The notes: a model not told the origin generated them from the sequence alone. 63,940 bases of DNA, filler included, from Sphacelaria rigidula (GCA_964200075.2; 9 parts of 9 records of this genome joined end to end with filler, not necessarily neighbours in it), one strand, 5' to 3'; numbered from the whole stretch's first letter, positions 12,001 to 23,570 are shown. Program-made: numbers and translations.

Positions 12001-13606
12001 AGGATAAGTGGTAAGTGTTTTATGGCGTGCCGTTGTACTGTGGATTCTGTGCAATCATCAGGGGCATGAATCCTAACTCGATTGAGAGACGCATCGAGAA
12101 TTGCTGGCACGTCCTCACTCCGTTTTCAGACTAGGATTAACGTTGATGGGAGATCCGATTGTTTCATCGAAACTTTTTGAGTTCTCATGGTGCTACTATG
12201 GCTTGTAGATGGCGGAGTCAGCACTGAACTAGACAGAGGCTCTACGTTGTGGCCGTTTTCTTGTACGTTAGTGAGGCTTGTTGGTGGATCTAACGTCAAA
12301 GTCCCTGGGCTCTCTGTGGATTAGATCGGCGTAGTGTTAGGCAGTTCGACCTCGAAATTATCGACTGGATCATTGACACTATCCTGGGGTTTACTCGCAT
12401 TGTTATGTAGCATCGTACTGTTACTTAGATGTTCTATTTCCGATGCTACTGGGTTGCTCGATTTCGATACCTTTGAAACTCCCTCCTCTTGCGGTACCGA
12501 AAACCCCAAAGCTTGCATCACCCACAGAGCTGGCTCCGTACCCTCCTCGTCGCTCCTCTCCAACGCCCTATATGCGAGCTTTGCTGCCTTTTCCTTGATG
12601 GTGGGTTGTGACGTAGGGGTTGGTGTAGAAGCTGAGGATAGCTTGGTGGGGTCGCGTAGCGCGTCAAACCTACCGGTGGACACTTGACGGATATCGGTGC
12701 TCCGCTCAGAGTCGTCAGAGTTGTCGCTGTCGCTTTCCCCCTCGTGGCTATACGGAAGTTGAGCGGGCAGGGTTGTGTCGGCCGGCGCAGGTACTACTGG
12801 TTGCGCTGCGCCTCTACACTCTGTCGCTTTCGCCGCCGAGGTGGAAGCTGATGGCGTGACGGCTGCGGTTGGATTCTCGAAGGTCTTCGCGGTGACCCTT
12901 CCCTGAGTATTTGTTCTGGTGGATTTTTGTGGGCGGATTTCTTTCTCGGCATGGTGAAAGACGTGTGCCCTACTACTAGATGTCTTACTTGAGTTCTATT
13001 CTGTTGTCGCCAATGGAAGGAGGACGTATCAAAGGGGAGACAGACTAAGGAGGAGGCTGTCCCAAGAGATGTCGTCCTGATGCCGAAGGAACTCCGAAGC
13101 TGACGATGATTTCCTCTTGTAAGATAAAGGCAAGAAGTTGGGTCAGACACAGAGTGGTCGCTGGAGGTGACCAGTTCCTCGGGGGATGTTGGACCGTCCT
13201 GAATATTAGGCTCTTCCTGGCATCACCCCGAGTTGTCTAGTTTCGTTGGCATTACAGGGTCCTCGGGAATCTGGTCCATTGTACCTGCTTGCTCTGGCTC
13301 TTTATTCACCTGTGGTCTCAGGCTCTGATATCTCACTGCAAAGATGTATTCCCGACACAAGAGTCAGTTCGGTCTTGGTTGTTTTCCTCTAAGGAAGATA
13401 TCTGGGTCGATATTTTCCCTGTGTGCGTTTGTCGAGCAGGAGCGATGGGCTTTGTCTTTCGGCTGCATGGTCTCTTGGTTTTTTCCGTTAACGTTGGTTC
13501 GTCCGTGTATGTTTGCGTGTGAGATGTGGCGTTGGGGGTGTGCGTGCCGTGGGGTGCGCTATCTGCTGGCTTGTGTGCGGGTGGATTCAAGAATGGTGTT
13601 GATTGG

Positions 13607-13624
13607 ACCGGCGGGTCTGCACCA
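13607..13624 (-). promoter_or_regulatory. Putative PBS of the Gypsy element
   Basis: Minus strand ...GCCA-T-TGGTGCAGACCCGCCGG: a TGG start 1 nt after a CA end, upstream of the gag region. Confidence 0.35.
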
Positions 13625-13769
13625 ATGGCCCGTGAAACTGATTCTACTCTGCCGTTCTATTGCTCTTTGTCAATCGGTGCAAGGTGGTAGCCAGGCAAAT
13701 TGTGCGTTGCAAGACCTCATTTAGACAAAAGTGCGTACTGCGCAAGCTAGAAGCGCAGCGCCCATTATG

Positions 13770-13955
13770 TGTTGTCCCACTTATTCTGGGCGCCGGTCTG
13801 CACCTGTCGGTATATGTGGGCGCACCAGACGGGGTCACACAGGAAAAAGGAGGTTTTCTTTTTTGTTTGTTTTCCTTCCTTCTGCGGTGCTTGCCTTTTT
13901 TTTTAATCGCGAGAGGGGTTCAGCAGTCCCATTCCCTCGTTGATCACCAAGTTGA
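13770..13955 (-). mobile_element. SINE-like repeat, 3' part
   Basis: Reverse complement of 29000..29190 (cgaggga..ggga.tgctgaacccct; cctgtgtgacccc..ctg.tgcg.ccacat.taccg). Confidence 0.65.
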
Positions 13956-14015
13956 ATATTGTGTACCCATGACATAGTACTGTAGTCCCTCTCCACTCTT
14001 GGGCAGTGTGTGTGT

Positions 14016-14134
14016 GGGGTGTGCTTATGGTCATGCATGCCATAGTCATCAGACCATTGATCTCGCATCCCTACAAAACCGGGACGGAGCATGCCGGGTT
14101 TTCGCCGGACCAGGCTGGCACTCAAACCACCAAG
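14016..14134 (+). repeat. Interspersed repeat family R1 (MITE-like, GGGGTGT end)
   Basis: catgccatagtcatcagaccattga.ctcgcatccctaca...ccgggacggagca; also at 35431, 45806, 49490 (rc) and 58698 (rc). Confidence 0.85.
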
Positions 14135-14234
14135 NNNNNNNNNNNNNNNNNNNNNNNNNNNNNNNNNNNNNNNNNNNNTTAATTAATTAANNNNNNNNNN
14201 NNNNNNNNNNNNNNNNNNNNNNNNNNNNNNNNNN
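14135..14234. other. Artificial contig linker
   Basis: Same N44-TTAATTAATTAA-N44 design. Confidence 0.98.
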
Positions 14235-14291
14235 ATTGACCGCTTTTTACTCTCAATCGTATCATCTACTCTCAATCTCACGAAAACACTG
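14235..14291 (-). repeat. Interspersed repeat family R2 (CAGTGTTTT terminus)
   Basis: Reverse complement of 42481..42540 (gagagtagatgatacgattgagagt). Confidence 0.75.
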
Positions 14292-15420
14292 TTTGGGGTA
14301 GATGCGAGGGGCGGGGGGTTGTGGTTCCTGTGCTGTTTTGATGGAGCCCCTTGAATATCCCGGTATCTCCCTAGGGTTCCACCCTGCCTGCTGTTGTGCA
14401 TTGTACTACTTTCAGATATACATGGTATATATATACATATATATATACGGCCCACCCCATTCGAAGTTACTACGACGTGCTGTAACTAGCCGATCAGACG
14501 TCGTGCACTGTTACAAGGCCACGACCCGGGTAGAAAGAAACTTCAATATTTATTGTAAAGTGTATGCACTGCACCACGGTAGTGCAGAAGTACAGTACAG
14601 TGACCGCAGTGTGAATATAGTCGATCGCTGCAGCACAGGCAGTGCGGCAAGTGGAGAGAACGGTGCCAGCAGGGATAGCCACCTGGGGAGTAGGGATACA
14701 GCAAGTGAGTGGGCAATAGGAAAGTACTCGGTGGAGCGTGTTGGCATGGTCACAACACATGGACACTTAGGATTACGGTATCAATAATGAAAAAACAGTC
14801 AGTGTGATTTGGCGAATCGTCTCAGCATGATATCGGTGATGAATCCAATGCGAGAGAGCAGCAAACGAGGATCAATTAATCCGCAAACAAGTGAGATGAA
14901 GCTTCTTGTCTGATTATTGGCCACGCATACCTACCGCGTGAAACTGGAAGGAAGAAATAATCATTCCAGTGTGTCAGATACACGTTCGATACAACGTTGA
15001 TTGAGGGTTATAGCCGCCTTTCACTGGCGTCGCGAACTACTCGTGTTGTTGGCGTGGGCACCGTCTTGGACTCTGTGTGGTCATCTTTCTCATTTGGAGA
15101 TATCCAAAACGTGGAGTTTTTCCCCACCGGCCGGGCGTGGAAGGGTGCCTAGCCTTCCAGTCTGCGGGGGCACCTCAGGAAGGATCAACAAAAGTAGGCT
15201 ACAGCGAAACAATTGTGTGCCCGGTGTCCTATAGTGCGGGGTAGGGTGCGGCGTATGTGTTCCACGTAATCCATACGTATCACTGGTGTCTACACCGAGT
15301 TTTCGCACACGACCATATGTTTCGGATCTTTGCGACACACATAACGGAGATTCGTTCCCCCAAACATTTATTGAATTGTGCGAGGGGAGGCTGCCGTTGG
15401 ACGGCTGATGAGGGTTCCCA

Positions 15421-16130
15421 ATGATGCTCCCGGACAAGTGCTGGTGAAGGGAAACGAGTATCATGTATAATCACTGCATCGTACCTGTTAATCTGCGAGG
15501 ACCGAACTCAAAACGATCTCCTCGAGCAGCTGATGGTGGTGGACCCCCAGAGTCATGCGTAAGATCACCGCCTAATGCTTTTTCATCTATCTGCCAGTCA
15601 GATAAGCGAAGGTGTCCCCGAACGAGTGCTGGTGCTGGATGATGATTGTCACGTGTAAACTCTGTACCTCGAATCCTTTCACCTTGCAAAGTCTGAGTAA
15701 ATATGATGTCCCCCGAGCACATGCCCATCGTTAACGGCGAGTGTCATGTGTAAGGTCTCTTCCTATTTTCACTTCTTCTGCCAGGGTGAAAAATGATGCT
15801 CCCGGACAAGAGCTGATGATGGAGAACGAGTATCAGGTGTAATCACTGGATCATGCCTGTTCATTTGCCACGGTCGAACCAAGAACGACCTCCCCGAGCA
15901 ACTGATGGTGGTGGACAACCAGTGTCATGTGTAAGTGACTGGGTCACATTCGCTCATTTGCCGGGGTCGACTTAGACACCGCGTTCCCAAACGAGTGTTG
16001 ATGGCTCACGACGATCACCACGTGAAAAATCACTAGATGATATGTTTCATCTCCCAGGGTCGAATGACAGACGATGTCCCCAAAGGACAGAAGGTGGTTT
16101 TGGACGATTATGATGTGAATATGACTGAGT
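15421..16130. repeat. Degenerate ~93-bp tandem array, about 8 units
   Basis: Units start at 15421, 15513, 15609, 15703, 15793, 15885, 15978 and 16071, mostly ending in ca(t/c)gtgtaa; closest match is at a 372-bp offset. Confidence 0.7.
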
Positions 16131-16512
16131 AAAATATTTTCCCCCGCGAGGCGCGAATCAGGGGTTATGTTGCTTTCATCTGTTAGGCGCTTACTGCAAA
16201 TGGTGATTATGCAGGAACGCTGATGATGGACAAAAATCGACATCTGTAAAATGCAGGAAAATTGGCATGTTCATGGACATGTTGAAGGGTCACGACCCCA
16301 TTCCGAAAATACTTTAAAAAAGAGTGCAACAATTCGAGAACGACAACCACAACGTCGACCCAATCAAAGGCACCATGCGACCACCCATACTACTTCTCAC
16401 CCACCGTAAGCGCTCTCAACGGCATCACCGCCCCTACCCGAAGAACACACTGGCAACGATAGAGGGCACTCCCTTCCAGCGGCCATCCTCCCCGCCCCTG
16501 CCACACGCCCTA

Positions 16513-17121
16513 TCAAGCCTTTGTTTGCTGAAGTACCGCACGCAAGGAGAGTACATCAACCTGCCCAAGGCGATTCAACATTCGCATCAAGGGAAAGTCG
16601 CACGAGCACCGTCCGCGGATCCAGATGTCAAATGCGCAGACTGTAGCGGCCCCTCCCTTTCTGTGGTGCATACTATTTCGGGCGATCCTCGTAAGGGTTT
16701 CTCCGTTGATGGCCTCGTTGCGTACCTCGTGAATGACTCGTGGAGAGCAAGTCAAGACCTCTTGCGCCATGTTGGATTGCGTACGCATGTGCAAAGTCAG
16801 GAGGGGATTGTCTTGCTCGTGGGGGTCAAGATTTACGCCGCTAATTTCCAGGCATTGAGACAACCCAGCGTACTCTCGCCTGCACTTATCGTCATGGTTC
16901 TCCTCGTGCGGACCATCGGGCCCGACGTACATCCCGCTCGAGCAACCCATGTGGGGGTGGGCGCGACGCCGGCCGTTAGAGGTGTGCGTGTGGCCATCGT
17001 TGGCGGTGTTGTGGAATTTTATTCCGTAGCCTGCGATCTTGAAGTCCTGCCCGGCGCTGTCGTGGGGAAGAAATTCCGGTCCGGACGTTTTTCCCCACGA
17101 CAGCGCCGGGCAGGACTTCAA
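16513..17121 (-). CDS. Hypothetical protein or exon containing one 93-aa repeat unit
   Basis: 202-aa ORF; several differences between copies are synonymous in this frame; no recognisable domain. Confidence 0.25.
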   Translation of the reverse strand: MKSCPALSWGKTSGPEFLPHDSAGQDFKIAGYGIKFHNTANDGHTHTSNGRRRAHPHMGCSSGMYVGPDGPHEENHDDKCRREYAGLSQCLEISGVNLDPHEQDNPLLTLHMRTQSNMAQEVLTCSPRVIHEVRNEAINGETLTRIARNSMHHRKGGAATVCAFDIWIRGRCSCDFPLMRMLNRLGQVDVLSLRAVLQQTKA

Positions 17122-17650
17122 GATCGCAGGCTACGGAATAAAATCCCACGACACCGCCAACGATGGCCACACGCACACCTCTAACGGCCGGCGTCGCGCC
17201 CACCCCCACATGGGTTGCTCGAGCGGGATGTATGTCGGACCTGATGGTCCGCACGAGAAGAATCATGACGATAAGTGCAGGCAAGAGTACGCTGGGTTGT
17301 CTCCATGCCTTGGAGTTAGCGGCGTACATCTTGACCCCCACGAGCAAGACAATTCCGGGCCGAACGTTCTTCCCCACGACAGCGCCGGGCAGGACTTCAA
17401 GGTCGCAGGCTACGGAATAAATTTCCATGATACGGCCAACGATGGCCACACGCACACCTCTAACGGCCGGCGTCGCGCCCACCCCCACATGGGTTGCTCG
17501 AGCGGGATGTACGTCGGGCCCGATGGTCCGCACGAGAAGAACCATGGCGATAAGTGCAGGCAAGAGTACGCTGGGTTGTCTCAATGCCTGGAAATTAGCG
17601 GCGTAAATCTTGACCCCCACGAGCAAGACAATTCCCTCCTGACTTTGCAC
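16789..17650. repeat. Inverted repeat plus tandem duplication of a 279-bp unit
   Basis: 16789..17070 is the reverse complement of the units starting at 17072 and 17351; palindrome centre ~17080. Confidence 0.92.
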
Positions 17651-18040
17651 TTGCGCCGGGCAGGACAACAATGCACAACATCTAAGCAGCCAGCGGTAAT
17701 CCAACTGCTACTGTAGTAGTCGCGTATCAGTTACGATACGTGGCAGTAATCTCGAATCGGGTGGGCCGTATGTATATATTTACTCTCATACATTATGTTT
17801 ATCCGCAGGTGCTATCCCTGCACGCAGTTGTGGCAGTGACGATGCATGACAGCGTAGCATTCCTCCGCACTCGGACGCACCAGTTGCCAGTATTTTCACT
17901 TTTACGTTTCTCTGTGATGAACTGCGTCTCCTGTTTTTTCATGGGAATTTGCGCTTCCGTCGCTGAATTTTATTCATTCCGAATTTCACACGTTCTTTCA
18001 CTTCGGCACCACTGACTAGTTTACCTCTCTCGTTTGTTTT

Positions 18041-18110
18041 CTCTCAGGGAACCCTTCTCTCAGGGAACTCGTCACTCAAGGAACCCGTCACTCAAGGAAC
18101 CCGTCACTCT
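18041..18110 (+). repeat. 16-bp minisatellite (c(t/a)ctca(g/a)ggaacccgt) x4
   Basis: Directly visible. Confidence 0.75.
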
Positions 18111-19060
18111 AAGACGAGGGTCTTCGCTAGCCGTTTGCCTCTCCTTCGTGCTAGTGACCACCACTGTTCACCTGTGAATCTCACGCTTCCCTTCTCGAAA
18201 ATTAGCGCAACCTGTTACCCCGGACCTCGTGGAACTTTTATAATAGTTAAAAGCGGCCTGGAAATGATGCCGATTAATCAAGAGACCGTCGACCGTTTCT
18301 CTGTAATGAATCCCATCTCATGCTGTCCGTCCGCACCTCTCTCGCTGTTGGCCACACCTACCTCTCAATTCCTCCATCACCACCCAACTTGCCTCCTTTC
18401 TGCAGCATTTTGTTTTATTCAAGCTCACCGCGCGTGAGGCGCCGTGGCGTGAAGGTGCCCCGTACATCCAGGGTTGTGTGCTATGACAAGCAAGTGAAAG
18501 CCAGTATGAAAATCCGACCTTTGTCAAGTAAAAATGATGCCAGTTCCACAAATCAGCACCTGCCGCTCGAAAAGTGTTTACCGGAAGCTTGTGGCCTGGC
18601 GGGGAAGGCGGCGTCGTGCACTTTCACAGTGAGTTCTGCAGTACATCAGTACCACGCTGTGGCGCGAACGCGCCCAGTACATCCGAGAGTAGTATATCAT
18701 GACAACCATAAGTGAAAGGCGGTGTGAAAATTCGCAGGTGGGTCGCTGCTGGCCATTCCCATGCCTGGAGACAATCTGTTTGGAGCCGTACGGTCTGACC
18801 CGTTCGCGAACTGTGTCTCACTACAGGGGTATTTCCGACAGTAATATCATGACCGTAGATTGCATGTACCTCAGCTTGAGCGGAACAAGGAGTTTCAGAA
18901 AATTTGTCGCCCCTCGGCTTTTGCGTAGTCGGATAGCCGTGGTCGGCGGTGGTGCGCGCAATGCCGGGCACGTTTACAACGATTTTTTTTGCATAACATT
19001 TCAGTCGCTTACCTGCTGTACCGCTATGTATGACTATATATGACCCATCATGGACTAAAG

Positions 19061-19349
19061 CCGCGGTCAAACGGTTAACCCTTTCACGGCAAGAGTTGTC
19101 ATCTGTTGAATCGGCATCAATCTCACCCGAGTCAGTATGCTATTTCCCGATGACCGACGCTCGCAGTCGAACGGTTAACCCTTTGACCGCGAGGGTAAGT
19201 CACCTGCTGAATCGGCATCAATTTCACTAGGAGAAGTATGCGTGATCCAGATGGACTACCCGCATCGCGGTCTAAGGGTTGACCCTTTGCCAGGACCGTT
19301 GACGATTCAACAGATGGCCTACTACATATGGTGGCGGTCAAAGGGTTAG
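19061..19349. mobile_element. Chain of piggyBac-like mini-elements
   Basis: CCCTTT...(A)AGGG/ACGG termini separated by TTAA (19075, 19175), TTGA (19279) and TTAG (19346). Confidence 0.7.
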
Positions 19350-19745
19350 ATTGTTTCGTATCATGAACACGACACATGCACCAGCACAATATATCCACGC
19401 ATCTATATCTGAGCGCACTGGGCAACCCTCGGTCATTGCTCTCTTGGGGACAGTACATGACTCGTACAGTGAGATTATACAAAAATGGCACAGTACTACA
19501 GTACACACGCACTTTCAAACAGTGTAGTGGTGTACTATGTTCCAACATCCAACTGCCAGAGAATGAGATATGTAGCGTTTAATTAAATGACGTAATCCAC
19601 CAGTCGTTTTCTGCGTCACAAAGGGCAGTTTTGTTTTGCAAGTACTCGGAAGCAGCTGTGGTTTGGTGCCAAGCAGATGAGGCATGCCTTTTGATATATG
19701 ACGAGGAGTTTAACCACGAACCAAAGCTTGAACGGAATCGCTCAA

Positions 19746-20251
19746 CCCGTTGACCGCGAGAGTAGGTCGGTCATCTGGCTGTAATAACATGTTTGCGAGA
19801 TTAAGAACGGATTTCGCTTTCGGAACGGGAGGCTTTTCGGTATTTTCAACAACGCGGTCCAATCGCCCGAAACGGCCGTCACCCCCCTGAAGGCCCGTAA
19901 TCTGACGGGAATTCAGCGCAATCAGATTTGAAATCGCGGTGATACCTTCCATGAGATACTGCTAAACTGTGCATTTTTGCCCCCCCTAATTTGGACACAT
20001 TCTTCCTCATATCTCTGCACTGGCCAAGTCTATTTCAAATACTTTTGCACCATAATTCCCGTCAGATTAAGGGCTTTCAGGGGGGTAACGGCCGCTTCGG
20101 ACGATTTGACCACCTTGGTGTACATCACGAAAAAGCTTTCGCTCCGAAACAACCCAACCAATTCCACAAACATGCTGTGCTATGTGGTCATTTTGCAAGT
20201 TGATTTGATGGTGATTCAGCACATGACCTATCTATGCTCGTGGTCAAAGGT
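19746..20251. mobile_element. piggyBac-like foldback MITE
   Basis: TCAA|cccgttgaccgcgag ... ctcgtggtcaaaggt|TTAA, with long internal inverted repeats (taatctgacgggaatt / aattcccgtcagatta). Confidence 0.7.
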
Positions 20252-21197
20252 TTAATATGGGGAACAGATAGAGTACTGTAGGTCGTCTTACTGTTACTCG
20301 TGACAACGTGTGGCGTGAATTCTCCTCTGAAGATGGAGCGAATGCTTCGCGGAATTTCTACTTTGTGGTATTTGCTTCCGTCTCAGATATTTTTGACCGT
20401 TTGTTTGAATGGTGGACGTTGTTGCGGGATGTGCATTGTGTTATGCCACTGAGGAAACACTCGTGATACAAGAACTACAATGTGTATCGACATTCAGCTG
20501 ATGTGTGGCAAAAACGGGTCACAAACTCGTCGCGCGAAAATTCAAATGAAATGTTATCAGGGGTATGAACACAATTTCTCCAAAAAAGCCGTACGTCGTA
20601 CTAATACAATTTTGTTATGTGACTCAGCACCGATTTCCCCCAGGGTACAATAGTAGTACGAGTAGTTCGAGGCTTTGCCGATTGTAACACCTCGAAAAGT
20701 CTCACTGTACTTTTCCGAGAGGGTTCCAGCGCCCTTTCCGACCTTTTCGCACGTCCACTCTGACTTTTAGCTGGAACTTTCAACCTTTTTTGGGTCACTT
20801 GCGAAACCGTTTCTGTGGCCTGGTCGAAAAATTACTCATCCGGCCAAAAGTCGAACTGGGCGCACAACTGTTCGAACAGGTGGGCTAAAACCTCCCAGAG
20901 AGTACAGGAGCAATTTTTTATGAGATGGCATAATCCGCCGAACCACGTATGCCGGCGAAAATCGGCACTGAATCATCAAAACAGACTTTTTTTGGAGAGA
21001 TTGTTCGTTGCACAAGAGCAAGCGGCTTCATACGATGTACCCATCCCTCGCTCCCATGGCAAGCAACGACCCCGTAAAGTGAACAAAGATGATATTGCCT
21101 GCACGTGTATGGCGGTGCGAGCTACCGTCAGTATCGTCTTTGTGACCTGTAAAACGGCGAGGCGGTCGGGAAGGCCACGGCGCCATCGACCGGTAAC

Positions 21198-21250
<53 letters not shown>
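21198..21250 (+). repeat. (TTA)n microsatellite at contig end
   Basis: Directly visible. Confidence 0.95.
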
Positions 21251-21350
21251 NNNNNNNNNNNNNNNNNNNNNNNNNNNNNNNNNNNNNNNNNNNNTTAATT
21301 AATTAANNNNNNNNNNNNNNNNNNNNNNNNNNNNNNNNNNNNNNNNNNNN
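21251..21350. other. Artificial contig linker
   Basis: Same N44-TTAATTAATTAA-N44 design. Confidence 0.98.
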
Positions 21351-21424
21351 GTGAAGAACGGTACTCCATAGAAACTCAGAAAAAAGGACGACTACGAATT
21401 CTGAAAACTTGACGCTGACTACTA

Positions 21425-21587
21425 TAATATTCGGCTTTTCCTGGCATCACCCCGAGTTGTCTACTTTCGTTGGCATTATAGGGTCCTCGATAATCTGGTA
21501 TTTTCGGACCGTTCCTACCTTGTCCCTGCTTGCGCTGGTTCTTCATACATGTGTGGCATCAGCCTTTAACATGTCACTGCAAAGAGG
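21425..21587 (-). mobile_element. Fragment homologous to the 5' region of the contig-2 Gypsy element
   Basis: ttcctggcatcaccccgagttgtcta.tttcgttggcatta.agggtcctcg shared with 13200..13345. Confidence 0.75.
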
Positions 21588-23499
21588 TGTCCTCAGAGGG
21601 GCGAGAGTCAACTCCAAGGCTGGACTGTAGTTCATGGAATGTAGTGAGAAGTTAATACCGTACTGCTCACAAGTAAAAAAAATACCCTCATGGACATCAC
21701 GTATGAGCTCATGTTCTGTTCACAGTCCAGTCATCAAAAACAAACAGCTCAGTCCCGCGCTGGATAAAGCAAACCTAGCCTGTCAAAAGGCGCTAGCCAT
21801 CTCTCCTGAGGAGACTCCTGAGGAGAGTAAACCCAATAAGACAACGAAGCACAAATATTGCGGCAGGATACTTTCCAGACTTCCAGCCCCGTTGCTGAGC
21901 GTGAATATGCGACCGACTGTGAGAGCGAAAAAACGCGCAGCGAGCGCAACCATCATGAGCCGATACAGACCAGTTCCACTGTAAATGACGTGGGTGATTT
22001 TCATACCATGTTCAACTTTGACCACGCTCTACTCCACCTTAGTGGACGAAAGGGTGCACGTTCCAGCAATCTCATCATGAAAGCTGTAGAGTTCGCCATG
22101 GTAGTACTGCAGCGGATGTGCCTCACCCTCAAGTGGAGTAGCGAGCGGGAAAACTAGAGCATCACCAGAAAGTGTGCGGAACGGGTCGACTGGACGACGC
22201 ATGAACCCTGAACAGTCTCTCGAATCCAGACTGGCGTCAATTCCATACGACAGGACACCAGGCGGATTCGAAGCTTTGGTTTTCCTCGCGATTCATGATG
22301 TAGGAATACAACCATCTCCCCTCAAGATCCTGCTGGACGCACCGCTACAGAACCGAGTTAGATTCGGAGCTACATACTGTGAAAGTCCACCAGCGGCTAC
22401 AACATATGGTGTCGACACCGACGCAATACCAGTCCCGCACAGCAACACGAGCTGCTGAAAAACGGGGGCAGTTTCCGTGTACCGATTTCGCAAGCTCGGG
22501 CACAGGAGCAAATAGTGTTACTGTTGCAATACATCACGGTATAATCGTGGTATCGGCTGCTGAAACCGCGTACCAGCTCAGTCCGACACACACGGGGCAA
22601 CGAGGGTTTCACAGCAAGGTATCGACACAGCGAACTCAGGTAAACATGGAGGGAAAATAACGCCCTCCAAAGTGACCTTACCCTATTCCGGGGTGCTGCT
22701 CGATAAGCATGGCACAAAACACAAACATCAACGCCCATTCACGTGCACGGAGTCAGAGGTGAAACAAGATTTCGCTCAATTGTAGCCTTCGAACACGTGC
22801 CTACAACTGCGCTCTCCAGTACCGTACAGTGATCCCTTCACGTTCAAACTGGACTACACATCGCACGTAAGTGCTCGAGCGTACACACCTGGGTGACGTT
22901 ACCGGTGTTACCGGTGCGGCCAAGCACCTTGTTCACCTTCGCCAGTTTGATTCCCTGGTTGTCCTGCGATATTCCAGGATAAATCAAACCAGCGGGGGAG
23001 CAGACCAGTAGTATGGGCGAAAGTTAGTAAAGGCCAACTCTATTATGGTCTGGAGCAGTGCAGTACAACTACACTATTCAAATTTCCCATGGAGTCGGGC
23101 GTTACAAGGGGAAACATCGTGCTTGCAGCCTCATGCTAGCCGCGCGCCTCCATTTCCTTCGCGTTGTGCATTTCTCCAGCCACTAACATCGTTTTCACCG
23201 CTAGTGTGAGCAGAGAGGCTTACTTACTCCTTTCGCAGCAATTCAAGTTTTGGTTTCCCCGCGTTTCAAGGAGGAGCAATTATTGCGCTCAACGTCCACG
23301 ACACGCGACGATGAACAGGTGGATCGCGATGGGTGGGGAACATTCCGGGTTGTACCACACCGTATAAACTTTTGTGGCACGGCCGCAGGTACAGGCTAGT
23401 GCAAATGCATCAGCTTGCACCTAAGCGTGAGGGCCGGTAGACACACGACAGCGACAGGGCGGGAGTTCGAGTCCGACAGTAACTCACGCTTCACAACAG

Positions 23500-23570
23500 T
23501 ACACCACAGTACACTGCGCTGCACGATACTACACTACACTACCCTACACTCCACTACACTCCACTACACT
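23500..23570 (+). repeat. Imperfect (CACTA)n simple repeat
   Basis: Directly visible. Confidence 0.7.

Larger units (their letters stand above)
7118..13624 (-). mobile_element. Decayed Ty3/Gypsy LTR retrotransposon, 3' truncated by the contig edge
   Basis: Domain order gag-PR-RT-RH-INT on the minus strand with many stops and frameshifts. Confidence 0.93.

Noticed and set aside
16324..17704. ORFs 16324..17184 (+) and 16976..17704 (-) as independent genes
   Set aside because: They are antisense shadows created by the palindrome; copy differences favour the opposite register
19061..19349. CRISPR-like repeat-spacer array
   Set aside because: The repeats are back-to-back TIRs around TTAA, spacing is irregular, there are no cas genes and the context is eukaryotic
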